Below, in pieces: positions 11,201 to 21,500 of a DNA stretch of 64,000 nucleotides. A model generated the notes under the pieces. That model did not search any database. It saw only the letters and a list, made by a program, of their open reading frames with translations, and was not told the origin of the DNA. Position numbers and translations under genes: made by a program. The first letter of the stretch is position 1. Each line of letters opens with the position of its first letter. This stretch comes from Methanobacteriota archaeon (GTDB taxonomy: Archaea; Thermoplasmatota; Poseidoniia; Poseidoniales; Poseidoniaceae), in the NCBI GenBank assembly GCA_002722135.1, contig PBKJ01000027.1, positions 6,968 to 70,967 on the forward strand. The letters run 5' to 3'.

Positions 11201-11255
11201 GCCGATGAACACCCGGAGGTCTGAGCGATTTTCGGGCGTGGGCAGGCCTCGATGA
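8232..11255 (+). CDS. Multi-pass membrane protein with TPR-like helical region
   Basis: 1007-aa ORF; signal-like N terminus, about 10 hydrophobic segments, then TPR-like repeats and two more TMs. Confidence 0.7.
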   Translation: MNRALAIMLGVVWLVPAAAAQVVIVQPSEPSAELAIPFSIAIVAALLLWRWFVPRQLASLQVAFEIDDDLYEVHRISKTVGEARELLSERSVSRGAILYLMGMTGILLLIAELMFDPNTFYLPNLYIIALLVGLPIIVSPWETLNAQLIGVGTSKVKAGFASRLSRITTLPLLLAALVGTVFLGLQLEGTLTPEWIAISLLVFMGPTIIAYGRIMGASWNVLLLNKWRSFRGQTTPIDPEQPRFVNRLVAIILVLFLFTMPLTALNGIVTVIYVVSVEPTNTEAMLNYGGIIGYSIYSNIDLIMEIVGQLEVLKSLPQVLSLYLSLNVAIVGLAFIFELTRNLLLGGQSFGGSFGVQLAPPRDIRSEVGVRGKLVAFCFAGFSGYTVLLLLLVCYKEFGDVMPYTDWLAAQAFDEEMRLLTTWMFIAVGQAIFMLTWLASISQFGRLRGLRFDIDPDQRRDGAVMLTEGNNLRMMIDKAAQNDDLDMLRRLQSAEFTDDEALIRHEKARAKMWELALRGLWPQASEEAKKVLAQSGGDDDESRLLLAASYLASRRLDAAREALYGLEQPEGYDEPELISFLCEWLDPWHGRVDEDDLWDWENNSTIDHLQDIMKMLESWDPNPDTMNRHDDRLSRIGRISRVALLRAQRRHKEALELALDCVRADPTGVRPRVAVALCLVDQGRWHEARTVLDELNASDPSDPRVKSLMALMGHHPDMDEFEVAMAMEPRAKGRNYLDEAPINPMAGALIRGGLDEALTANALIVAHEAVRRAVAPGHRTSALTYLIHLGLVLPLWGMGAAYLATLRGTTVGLGAALAFGGLHVMYIRLLQQQRHVVKQRDQRMMIELGRRLKRKKAVPTDTNTPIGTHLILTGLLLTVNGVVLDIGLPAWLTARNEEVSDRSLQARLKRRAAKMERAKSPRTKPLGRGWWLKREDPTDGGPALDALIGPSAYRGRAAAEGLKQKLGGSVSGGPPRRLSVSDLDMAGRGAPMNTRRSERFSGVGRPR

Positions 11256-11354
11256 AGCGACTCTGAACGTGGCGCTGTGCGACGATTTCCGTCGAACAAA
11301 TCACGTGAAGTTCTATAACCGGCGCGAGGGACCGGAAAAACCGGGGTCTTAGCC

Positions 11355-14300
11355 ATGGCCATGAATCACAACCAGATGGCATACGTCGCCATCATCACGA
11401 CGCTCATTTTCGGCTCGTTGTTCGTTGGAATCAGCGGATTCTGGCAAACCAACGAACGCATCGGCGACTTCGAAAGCGCTGCCGAAGAGGACATCTACGG
11501 TGAAGGCACTGAGTCTGCTGAGACCTTGGACTCCGACGGCGATGGACTTCCGGACACGCTCGAACAAACCCAATACGGGACGCTCATCAACGACCCGGAC
11601 ACCGACGGTGACGGCATGTCGGACGGCTGGGAAGTCGCTCACGGCCTGAACCCCCTCGACAACGGTGAATCCGATGACGTGACGCTTGATCCGAGCGAAG
11701 CGGACACGGAAGACGCCACGAAGAAGAACGAAACTGATGCCTGGCCAGACCCCAACCAAGGCCCGAACGGTGACCCCGATCGGGACGGTTTGACCAACAC
11801 CGTCGAGCAGGACCTGGGCACCGATCCTCAGCGTGCGGACACCGACAACGACGGCTTGAACGACCGTTGGGAGTCGCTCTACTCAACGGTCGTGACCACG
11901 GTCGGCGGCGACGTGACGCTGTTCGATCCCCTCCGTGGAAATTGGGACTGCCTCCTCCTTGACGCAGGCACAGAGCAGGCTTTGGAGGACTACTACGACG
12001 ACGCCAACGAGGAAGATCCCGCCAACCCCAGCTGGGACGACTTGGCCAACTCCGAGGGCAAGCATTCCTGCGACAGCGTGCTCGACACGGACGAGGACGG
12101 CCTGCCCAACTGGTTGGAGGAACAATACGGAACGGACCCCACGTCTCGGGACTCCGACCAGGACCTCATTGACGACATCGTCGAGGTCTCCACTCAACTC
12201 GTGAACATCTTCGTCGGAACCGGCGAAGAGTGCAACGTTGCCCTCGTCCAATCCATCGACAGGGTGGCTCCGTTCCAGACCAAGGAGGATGCATGGTTCC
12301 TCGGCGACATGGACGGTGACGGCTTGCTCAACGGTCCATCGGACTGGGACACAGACGGTGACGGCATGCCGGACGGTTTCGAGTACTGCTACTCTCACCT
12401 CACCGACCTTAGCGACGAGATTGCGGTCAATCAAGGCCTTGACAGCTCCATGCTCCTTGACCCGGCCAACGCCTCCGATGCATACGGTGACTGGGACGAA
12501 GACGGGTTGAACAACCTCGAAGAATACCTCGTCGCTGAATCCTTCGGACCGAGCAACTTTACCTCCCCGTGGCGCATTGATACCGACTTGGATCAAATGC
12601 CCGACGGCTGGGAATCGAGCAATGGTCTCCACCCACGTGACGGTACCAACGGCGATGAAGACCCTGACCGAGACGGTTGGGACGCTGACGGTGACGGCGC
12701 GGTGGTCTACGCAGAGCTGGTCAACAGCGTGACGGTCATTGGTGTCGATGTGGAACTGGACGACTGGGTCATTGCGAATCAAACCGTTGCGCGCGGGCAA
12801 ATCACCCTCGCTGGCGGCAACAAGCAAACCGTTTCGCTTGGCTCACCCGTTGACGGCTACGTCTACGACATTCACGTTGCGGTCGGCGATGTGATCGAAT
12901 CCCGGCTTGACGTCTGGATGGACATCGTCGAACCTGAGGAGCAATTCACCAACCTGATGGAATACAACGCGCGTGACCGCGACGGCGACGGTTTGGCCGA
13001 CGGACGTTCAACCGACCCATTGGTCGCCGATACAGACGGCGACGGTCTCCGCGATGGCATCGAAGTCATGGGTTGGGAGATCCTTGTCGTCAACGTCGGA
13101 GTCCAGCGCATCATGGTGACCAGCGATCCCGGTCTCTACGACACCGACGCCGATGGCCTGTCTGACTTCATTGAATTCAGTGAACTGTGCGACACCGGTT
13201 CCAACGCCTCGAACCCCGACACGGACGGTGACGGTCTCGGTGATCAGGCCGAGGCTCTTTCTGGATTCACGTGGGAAGGCGAGTCTTACTTTACCGACGC
13301 GTGTATGTTCGATACCGACAACGACGGTCTGGAAGACGGCGAGGAAGTCATCGCAGGTCAGGACAACTTCCTGACCCACGCCAACAACTCTGACACCGAC
13401 GATGACGGCTTGAAAGACGGCAATGAGGTCCTCTTCGTGCCTCGTCCCTTCCAAAAGGCCACGAACCCACTCATCAACGACACCGACGCCGACGGCATGC
13501 TCGACGGTTGGGAGATGCAGGTCAAGTCGGCCGAAGACAACACGAACTCGCACAGCCTCTGGGTCGCTGCAAGCTCATGGTCAAGGCCCGGATGTGAATC
13601 CACCCAGACCAACAACTGCCTGATGGAGCCTGGTGGCTACGTGTGGCAGAATTTCCTTGGTGGCTTTGTGCTCGAGGCCAAGTACGAGGTGTGGGAGATG
13701 AACCTCAGCGGTTTCACCGTGCCTGCCAACCCGTTGTGTGATGGATGCTCCGGTCGCTGGGCCCTCGACCCCTCGCTCGACTCTCTGGCCGATGCGAATT
13801 ATGACGTCGACAACGATTCGCTGATGAACTCCGCAGAGGCTCCGGACCGCTGGAACACCAACCCCGTGGACGACGACACGGATCAAGACATGTTGCCCGA
13901 CGGCTGGGAGGTGCTCTACAGTCAACTCGCGCTTGAGCGCGGTCTTGTCGACAACCTGTCGATCGCTTCTTCAGGCGCTCGTGGCGTGATGGACCCCTCG
14001 ATGGAAGACAGCGACCTCGACGGTATTCCTGACGGACAGGAGGACCCTGACCGTGACGGACTGAACCGCAGCGGTTTGGTCAAGAAATACTGTCCTGGCT
14101 ATGAGGATCCCACCAACAGCCAGTGTCACATCAACCCCGACACCCCCGATGGCGTTCGTTTCTACGACAACCTGGAGAATTACACGAATTTCGAGGAATT
14201 CCAAAACGGCACGGATCCGGTCACGAACGACACCGACGGTGACGAATGGAACGACGGACCGGAGGTCTACTACCAGGACCACGACGACGACGGGATGGCA

Positions 14301-14471
14301 ACGGGCTGGGAATACCACTTCGAATTCGATCCTTACGACGCAGCAGACCGCATGGTGGACACCGACGGTGACGGTCACGTCAACTATTGTGAATACAAGT
14401 GGGACACGAACCCAAGGAACCCCTTGTCGTTCCCCGGTCAGGGTCAATTGTGCGACCCGTTCGCTGAGTGA
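11355..14471 (+). CDS. Membrane-anchored Ca-binding repeat (bacterial TSP3-like) surface protein
   Basis: N-terminal TM; many D-[TS]-D-x-D-G-[LM]-x-D-G-W-E ... [TL]-[ND]-P units. Confidence 0.85.
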   Translation: MAMNHNQMAYVAIITTLIFGSLFVGISGFWQTNERIGDFESAAEEDIYGEGTESAETLDSDGDGLPDTLEQTQYGTLINDPDTDGDGMSDGWEVAHGLNPLDNGESDDVTLDPSEADTEDATKKNETDAWPDPNQGPNGDPDRDGLTNTVEQDLGTDPQRADTDNDGLNDRWESLYSTVVTTVGGDVTLFDPLRGNWDCLLLDAGTEQALEDYYDDANEEDPANPSWDDLANSEGKHSCDSVLDTDEDGLPNWLEEQYGTDPTSRDSDQDLIDDIVEVSTQLVNIFVGTGEECNVALVQSIDRVAPFQTKEDAWFLGDMDGDGLLNGPSDWDTDGDGMPDGFEYCYSHLTDLSDEIAVNQGLDSSMLLDPANASDAYGDWDEDGLNNLEEYLVAESFGPSNFTSPWRIDTDLDQMPDGWESSNGLHPRDGTNGDEDPDRDGWDADGDGAVVYAELVNSVTVIGVDVELDDWVIANQTVARGQITLAGGNKQTVSLGSPVDGYVYDIHVAVGDVIESRLDVWMDIVEPEEQFTNLMEYNARDRDGDGLADGRSTDPLVADTDGDGLRDGIEVMGWEILVVNVGVQRIMVTSDPGLYDTDADGLSDFIEFSELCDTGSNASNPDTDGDGLGDQAEALSGFTWEGESYFTDACMFDTDNDGLEDGEEVIAGQDNFLTHANNSDTDDDGLKDGNEVLFVPRPFQKATNPLINDTDADGMLDGWEMQVKSAEDNTNSHSLWVAASSWSRPGCESTQTNNCLMEPGGYVWQNFLGGFVLEAKYEVWEMNLSGFTVPANPLCDGCSGRWALDPSLDSLADANYDVDNDSLMNSAEAPDRWNTNPVDDDTDQDMLPDGWEVLYSQLALERGLVDNLSIASSGARGVMDPSMEDSDLDGIPDGQEDPDRDGLNRSGLVKKYCPGYEDPTNSQCHINPDTPDGVRFYDNLENYTNFEEFQNGTDPVTNDTDGDEWNDGPEVYYQDHDDDGMATGWEYHFEFDPYDAADRMVDTDGDGHVNYCEYKWDTNPRNPLSFPGQGQLCDPFAE

Positions 14472-14483
14472 GCAGGCGGCGTC

Positions 14484-15923
14484 ATGATGGTCCATCCTCG
14501 GGTCATCGTGCTCATTGCCGTTCTTCTCTTGCCTTGTGTTCCAGTTGCCGCCGCGGATGGGGCAACGGATGAAGCGTTCGTGTTCAACCACGACCACGGA
14601 GAGACCCATCCTGACGGATCGGTCGAATTGACGGGTTCGTCAACGCTGCCGCTCAACGACCTCACGTGGGAACTCATCGATGCATCAACAGGCGCCGCTT
14701 TGCTCACCGGGACCTACTTGGACAGCGTTGCACCAAACGCCGACGGTTCGTGGTCGTGGTCGCACAACCTTTCCTTGGTCGACTCAGGGTGCTCCTGCAG
14801 GTTCGTGGTGAACCTTGGTGCTCCTGACCTACAGCGGCATGAACTGGTGGTGTTCCTCGGTAGCGGCATGTCGTGGTCACCCGTTTGGCTGACGCAGCCC
14901 ATCGGTGACGTGGTGTTCACGGATGCGGACAACCGCACCGTGGACCTCCCAATCGTTTTGGCCCCCGGTCGTGAAAACGGTTCGGTGCTGGAGGTGGAGC
15001 GCTGTCCCGCGAGCAGCACCGGAGTGTGCAAGTCACCTCCAACGCTTGCGACCTTTCCACTCGTCACCGATGGCTTGTCCACGACGGTCGTCCTGAACCC
15101 GCTCGACTGGAGCCCCGAAGGGCACTGGTCTGTGCCATCCCTGGTGGTGATCGACAACGTGCTTGCACGTTCCGATTCGGTGCAATGGCATGTCTTGCAT
15201 GACTTGACCCCGCCTGAAGTGTCCATTGAATCGGCATCCAGCGCCAACGAATCAGACCTCGTCTTGGTGGTGGTCAACGCAACAGACAGCACCAGTGACC
15301 TCGTTGAATTGGTGGAACTTCGGGCCACGTCGCCCGACGGCCGTGTGACCGTGTTGGATGCAGCTGTGAACGATTCAGAATTTACCGTTCAGCCCGACAG
15401 CTCGGGATCTTGGACCGTTCACGTCACCGTTCGCGATGGTGCGGGGTTGTCCCAAACGGCCAGCCATGTGATGCAGGTTTCCAATCTCCCTCCCGTGGCT
15501 GGCGTCAGGCTGAACGGGGCAATGGTCGAAAATGGAGATGCCTTCCAGGTGAAACTTGGGCAGCCTTTGCTCCTCGATGCCTCCACGTCAAGCGATACGG
15601 CCAGCGATGTCCTGGACCTCAACCACGTCTGGTGGATTGGCGACGACGTGCGGTTGTCTGGCGTCGAGCGTCTGACCGAGGATCGCTTCCAGAAAACCGG
15701 CACCTTCGACGTCCGCATGGAGGTTGTCGATGACGACGGCGCTGCGTCTGAACTCGTGTTCACGCTTGAAGTCGTGGACCCCGCTGCACCACTCGGAGAT
15801 GCGGTGGTCGTTGGGCCTGTTGTCATCTTGCTCATCGGCGTGGCCCTCGTGGGTGTCTTCCTCTTCCGCCAAAGAAAGGACAGCACGAGCATCCCCACGT
15901 GGCCAGGTGAGGGTGAAACCTGA
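14484..15923 (+). CDS. Secreted Ig/PKD-like domain protein with C-terminal TM anchor
   Basis: Signal peptide; NLPPVA, LDASTSSD, G.FDVRMEVVDDDG PKD-like motifs; TM followed by RQRK. Confidence 0.75.
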   Translation: MMVHPRVIVLIAVLLLPCVPVAAADGATDEAFVFNHDHGETHPDGSVELTGSSTLPLNDLTWELIDASTGAALLTGTYLDSVAPNADGSWSWSHNLSLVDSGCSCRFVVNLGAPDLQRHELVVFLGSGMSWSPVWLTQPIGDVVFTDADNRTVDLPIVLAPGRENGSVLEVERCPASSTGVCKSPPTLATFPLVTDGLSTTVVLNPLDWSPEGHWSVPSLVVIDNVLARSDSVQWHVLHDLTPPEVSIESASSANESDLVLVVVNATDSTSDLVELVELRATSPDGRVTVLDAAVNDSEFTVQPDSSGSWTVHVTVRDGAGLSQTASHVMQVSNLPPVAGVRLNGAMVENGDAFQVKLGQPLLLDASTSSDTASDVLDLNHVWWIGDDVRLSGVERLTEDRFQKTGTFDVRMEVVDDDGAASELVFTLEVVDPAAPLGDAVVVGPVVILLIGVALVGVFLFRQRKDSTSIPTWPGEGET

Positions 15924-15967
15924 ACATGCGTGCAACGCTTGATATCATGTCGGCCCCTGCTCTCATC

Positions 15968-17332
15968 ATGTTCAACGGGGTCTTCGACGACCTGCCCGCC
16001 GCACCGGACGCGTTCACCAACGCAGAGGTCCGGGCCCGGCAAGCGAGGTTGACCTCTGGGTTGTCGACGGATACCCTCATTCTGCTCCCTGCGCCCCATG
16101 AGTCCACCCGATCGAACGACGTCCATTACCGCTACAGGTCCTCATCCGATCTGATGTACCTGACCGATTGGTCTGAACCGGAATCCATGGGGTACGCGTA
16201 CCACGATGGAAGTGCTTGGGTCTGGGGCCTCTGCGTCCAACCGAAGGATACCCTCAAGGAAATCTGGGAGGGGCGACGCCTCGGCACCGAAGGCGTCCTC
16301 GCGCTCGGGATGGTCGACCGCACCCACAGCATACACGAACGCGATGGTGTGGTCCGCGACTTGCTTCAACACACCAGCCGTGTTCTCCTCAGGCAAGGCA
16401 TCGATGCTTCGCTGGACGAGTTGGTTCGCGTCGCAATGACGGAGCGCTCACGCCCACGCCAGCAGTTCGGAACCGGTCCAGTGGTCCTCGAAGACCCGAG
16501 CGCCCGCATTGCCGAACTCCGCCTCAGGAAATCGAACGAGGAAGTGGCCATGATGCGTCATGCTGCCGAGATTTCTGCCCGCGCTCACGTCGCTGCCATG
16601 AAGCTGCCTTCGGCGGGGCTTAACGAACGCCACATCCAAGCGGCGATTGAAGGCGGTTTTGTTTATGGCGGTGGCGACGGTTGGGCGTACCCTTCCATCG
16701 TCGGTTCGGGCGTGAACGCCACCATCCTTCACTACACCGTGAACAATGCCCCTTGCAACGTCGGTGACGTGGTGTTGATCGATGCTGGGACAGAATATCG
16801 CGGCTACGCCTCCGACATCACCCGCTCATGGCCCGTCGGTGGTCAGTTTTCAGAAGCTCAACGTGAACTGTACACGGTCGTTCTTGACGCACAAAAGGCT
16901 GCGATAGACGTATGCCGCGTAGGACAACCCTACAACGCTCCCCACGATACCGCACGTCGCGTTCTCGCCGAAGGGCTCATCCAACTTGGTGTCATCAAGC
17001 AAAGCCTGGATGAGGCACTCGACCCAGAAACAGGTGAACTACGCTGGTGGTACATGCACAACACTGGACATTGGCTGGGGCTTGATGTCCATGATGTCGG
17101 CGTGTACCGGCCCAACGGCGAACCACGCCTCCTGGAGCCCGGCATGGTGCTCACGGTGGAACCGGGTTTGTACTTCGCTGCATGGCGGCCTGACGTGTCG
17201 TGCCCGCCCCGCTATGCCGACATTGGCATCAGGATCGAAGACGACGTCCTGGTGACCGAGGCCGGTCCTGTGGTGCTCTCAGACGCATGTCCAAAGGAGT
17301 TGGCTGACCTCGAGGGCATTGTCGGAGCGTGA
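15968..17332 (+). CDS. pepP: Xaa-Pro aminopeptidase (M24B)
   Basis: RSNDVHYRYR, ILHY, IDAG.EY.GYASDITR, HNTGHWLGLDVHD, TVEPGLY, GIRIEDD. Start chosen about 27 nt after TTGATA; alternative start 15926. Confidence 0.92.
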   Translation: MFNGVFDDLPAAPDAFTNAEVRARQARLTSGLSTDTLILLPAPHESTRSNDVHYRYRSSSDLMYLTDWSEPESMGYAYHDGSAWVWGLCVQPKDTLKEIWEGRRLGTEGVLALGMVDRTHSIHERDGVVRDLLQHTSRVLLRQGIDASLDELVRVAMTERSRPRQQFGTGPVVLEDPSARIAELRLRKSNEEVAMMRHAAEISARAHVAAMKLPSAGLNERHIQAAIEGGFVYGGGDGWAYPSIVGSGVNATILHYTVNNAPCNVGDVVLIDAGTEYRGYASDITRSWPVGGQFSEAQRELYTVVLDAQKAAIDVCRVGQPYNAPHDTARRVLAEGLIQLGVIKQSLDEALDPETGELRWWYMHNTGHWLGLDVHDVGVYRPNGEPRLLEPGMVLTVEPGLYFAAWRPDVSCPPRYADIGIRIEDDVLVTEAGPVVLSDACPKELADLEGIVGA

Positions 17333-18512
17333 CGTTGTGTGGTCGGCCATTCTCGAGCGTCAGGCGCAGTGGACGCCTGAGGATCCCACGGCCGTGCGCT
17401 TGTCGCCAGAGGACGCTGTGATCCTGTACGAAACAGCGCCGCTTCATGCGCTGATGAGTTCGGCTCTGCTTCGACGGCAGCAACAGGTTCCCGGTGGCGA
17501 GGTCACGTACCTCATTGACAGGAACGTGAATTACACCAATGCATGCACCATCAACTGCCAGTTTTGTTCCTTCTACCGGCCCATCGGTCATGATGAAGTC
17601 TACACGCAGACCATCGACGAAATCTCACAACGGTTGTCAGAGTTGGAGGCCATCGGTGGTGTTCGCGTGCTCATGCAGGGCGGCGTGAATCCCGACCTGC
17701 CCTTTTCGTGGTACACCAATGTCCTCCGGGAACTCCGTGTTCGTCACCCCTCCATCGACCTTGATTGCTTTAGCCCAATCGAGATTCAAGGGATGTCTGA
17801 CATCACTGGATTGAGTACCCTCGACGTCCTTCATGCGCTGAAGGACGCGGGGATGCACGGCTTGCCGGGTGGTGGCGCTGAGATGCTTGTGGAAGGGGTA
17901 CGTCGCGATGTTTCGCCAAAGAAGGGTGGGCCAGAACAATGGATTCGAATCATGCGTGAAGCGCAGTCCCTCGACCTCATCACCAGCGCGACCAACGTGT
18001 TTGGATTCGGCGAGGGCGCCATGGAGCGGGTTGAGCACCTTGTCCGCGTGCGTGACATGCAGGATGAGGCCATCGCGCGTGGTGAGCGCCCGTTTACGTC
18101 GTTCATCGCCTGGCCGGTCCAACTTGAGACGAATTCCTTCGGTCGACGGAACCGAGGACAAAACCGTGTGGAACTTGGTGCTGGACCGTCGGAATACCTT
18201 CGTCACGTGGCCGTCGCTCGTCTCATGCTCGACGTGGTCGATCACATCCAAGCGTCGTGGCCTACGATGGGGGTCGATGTGGCGCAGATGGCCCTCCTCG
18301 GTGGGGCGGACGACATCGGTTCCACCATGATGGAAGAAAACGTCGTCTCTGCATCAGGCACCTCCAAAATCTCGGCCAGCGAACGTGAGCTCCAACGCTT
18401 GATCCGACGTGCTGGGCTGACGCCTCGCCGTCGGAACAGCCGATACGAGTTGCTCGATACCCCACACGGTGACAGCGAGGACCTTGCGGCTCCGGTGCCT
18501 GCCCTGGCTTAG
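17319..18512 (+). CDS. mqnC: CofH/MqnC-family radical SAM enzyme, likely cyclic dehypoxanthine futalosine synthase
   Basis: DRNVNYTNACTINCQFCSF, LMQGG.NP, PGGGAEML, HIQASW, GADDIGSTMMEENVVS. Confidence 0.8.
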   Translation: MSERDVVWSAILERQAQWTPEDPTAVRLSPEDAVILYETAPLHALMSSALLRRQQQVPGGEVTYLIDRNVNYTNACTINCQFCSFYRPIGHDEVYTQTIDEISQRLSELEAIGGVRVLMQGGVNPDLPFSWYTNVLRELRVRHPSIDLDCFSPIEIQGMSDITGLSTLDVLHALKDAGMHGLPGGGAEMLVEGVRRDVSPKKGGPEQWIRIMREAQSLDLITSATNVFGFGEGAMERVEHLVRVRDMQDEAIARGERPFTSFIAWPVQLETNSFGRRNRGQNRVELGAGPSEYLRHVAVARLMLDVVDHIQASWPTMGVDVAQMALLGGADDIGSTMMEENVVSASGTSKISASERELQRLIRRAGLTPRRRNSRYELLDTPHGDSEDLAAPVPALA

Positions 18513-21500
18513 GACCGCTCGGGCAACGGCACGTCATAGACCACCCAAATTTCAGCGTGGATGTTTCGACCACCTGTGGCCGATTCCCCGGTCGGTTGAT
18601 ACTCTGCGCCGTTGAACAGGCCGCGGTAACTCAGCGTTTCTGTCGCGCCAGGCGTGACCCAATCCGTGATGTCATAGGTCCATTGCTTCACGTCCTGACC
18701 CGCACACCATCCCGCTCGTCCATAGGGCCACGAGCCAAATTGGTTGGCCACGACGCCTCGCGGGACTTCCTGCTCGCACCCTGTGTTGCTGTACACGATA
18801 GGATGCCATTCGTACGCCGTGTTGCTACCAATGGTGAAATGGTGCTCATGATCACAGAACTCGGCACAATTGGCATCGTCCTTCTGGAAGCCGTGACCTG
18901 TGATGGTGGCAACGATACGGACCCGCGAGGCGTCCGCTGGAATGGTGAGGGTTCGTTCCCTTTCGTAGAGGGCTGGGTCGTTGTAACTCCCGTTGAACTG
19001 GCCTCCAGTGAAGGCGAAGGTCGCTGAAGAGGGGCGATGGTCGACGGTGCTCTCGCCCCACCTCGAAAAGAGCAAGGTGATGGTCAAGCTCCCTCCGTTT
19101 GCGCCTCGGTAGGTGAACCGACGGTCTTCGCCGTCATCGAGCATGAACAGGTAAGGTGAGAGGTCCGTTAACCAACGTCCTTCTCGGCCATAGGTGGTGA
19201 TCCACCGCGCAAATTCTGTACCACATTTGGACGCGTTATCACGATCACAAATGCGGAGGTTTGCCTCGTAATCCCACTCGTGGCATCCCGCATAGCCTCC
19301 CGAAGAGGTCTGGTAACGGTCGCGCCGTTCAGAGCATGCGTGCTCGTGAAACATTTCGAGGGTGTCATAGGTCGCCAGATCGTGGTTGAGGTCGAAGGTC
19401 GCGTTCATGGCGGTCGTGAAGCCTCCGCCCCAGCCACCTTGATGCTGATCTTCAAACATCAAATCGACCGCTTCAACGGCTGGATCTGAGCGTCGAATTT
19501 CCACCGGGTGCTCTGCATGCCACATCCATGCCTCATGGGACATGTGCTGTGGGTCGTAGGTGGTGCTGGAAGTCCCCCAAGTGTACGTCGAACCGGTTTG
19601 CCGCAACCGCTGGAAGCGATCAATGCCGAAGGTCGTCGGCTCGCCAAGGGCGGAGAGCGCTTCACCAAGGTCGCCGGTTGCCCCACTCAAGTCGAGATCA
19701 AGGTAGTGGATGCGGCCTTCCCATGCTTCTTCCTCATCGGCGTTGAGCCGTTGCTCAACGTCCGCCTTTCGGTCCGTGACTTGGGACCTGTAGGAGCTGT
19801 CGTATGATCCGTACACCAGATGCGTGTCGTCCGGGAGGTTCCGGGTCAGTGTCCCTGGATTCATGGTGAAGGTCGAGGCGCTCGACCCACTGCTGGTGGT
19901 TTTCATCAAAATGAACAGGTACGTGCTGTTGCCGTCCCAGAGGTCTGAGAACGTCAGGGTTCCTGACAGGGTCGGGACAGAGAATTCACCCACGGTCTGG
20001 AATGGGCCGGACACCGTGGGTGCTCCCTGCGTGCTGGTCCAAGGCACGGGCAATTGGACCACGGCGCAACCGTGCTCATCGATGGTCCAACGTATGGGAC
20101 TGGATGGACACCGGTCGTTTTGCAGATGAACCCCATCACCGTCCACGTCTTCGCAGCCCTGTGCATCGGTTGAGGTGGATGGCGGTGTGCCCGGGCAGAG
20201 GTCCGTGGCATCCACGACCCCGTCACCGTCGGTGTCGCGCTGATCGGCGGCACAACCGAACTCGTCCACGGCTGCTCCGATGGTTGATTGTGGGCAGAGG
20301 TCCAGCATGGTGCCGTTCAAATCCATGTCGTCGACGCCATCGTTGTCATCGTCCTCGTCTTCGGTGAGGTCCAAGCATCCATCCCGGTCCCAGTCTGTTG
20401 AATTATCTTGAAGCCACGCGGATTCACCCTTTGGGCACGCATCGTCAACGTCGAGGACCGTGTCGGAATCGTCGTCATCGTCTTCCTCGTTGTCGTTGCA
20501 ACCGTCCAGATCCCAATCGAGTGACCGCAAGCTGATCCATCCCGTCATGCCTTGTGGACACGCATCCTCCACGTCCCGACGTCCGTCGTTGTCGTCGTCG
20601 TCATCCTCGCTTGCATCACGGCATCCATCGTTGTCATGATCCTCAAGCGTGCTTGACGTCCACCCGGGCTCCGAAAGGCATCCGTCCAAGGCATCGCTGA
20701 TTCCATCGTTGTCGTCATCTTCGTCTTCATCGCGGTCCCTGCAACCGTCTCCATCGTGGTCTGTGGACGCTTTGCTCGTCCAGCCTTCCGTTTCGCCCAC
20801 ACCGTTCGGGCAAAGATCAAGATCGTCGTGCACGCCGTCTCCGTCGGCGTCAACCACAACCTCACTCAGGATGAGGCGAACGCTTCGTTCGTCGGTTGCC
20901 GTGTCGACAGGACCAACACATGTTGCCGTGAACACAAGAGCAGGGGGGAGGCCCTCTTCCGCCCTGTTGATGGTGAACGAGCGGGCGTCATCGAGCATGA
21001 CCTCCTCGCTGTCTGATTCGGGGCCGAGGTCCATCAGCACGGTGCACGACACCGAAGCGAGATCCTGATCAGGACGGTCCCTGAGTGGGGCAACCTCGCC
21101 TTGAATCGAGATGGTGCCCTCATCCGCAACGGCGGCGACGGGGAGGACGAGGCGAATGCCTGCCTGCCCAATGTGAAGGGTCGTCTCGAGTGTGAACGGC
21201 CCTCCATCGAACAACACATCGTCCTCAGGCATCAGGTCGATGCTGACCTGAACCACCCCGGTTGACGGGGCCATGATGGCCACGACGAGCACATCGGTGC
21301 GTGAGACGGCCACGTCACGCACAACCTCTGGTACACCCATGTCGTGCGTGGTTCGCACGTCGCCGACGGCGACGCTCTCGAGGTACTGGAGCGGAATGCC
21401 TTCGACCTCGAAGATGAGAAGGTCTCCAGCAACTGGATTACGAATGGACGATGCCGAGTTGAGTTCCCAGTTCCCGGTGGCCAGCGTGGGCGTCTTTGTT

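Noticed and set aside
11500..14400. Recurrent GACACCGACGG-like DNA repeats as CRISPR or tandem array
   Set aside because: They are in-frame codons for DxDxDG protein repeats, degenerate and irregularly spaced; no cas genes are present.
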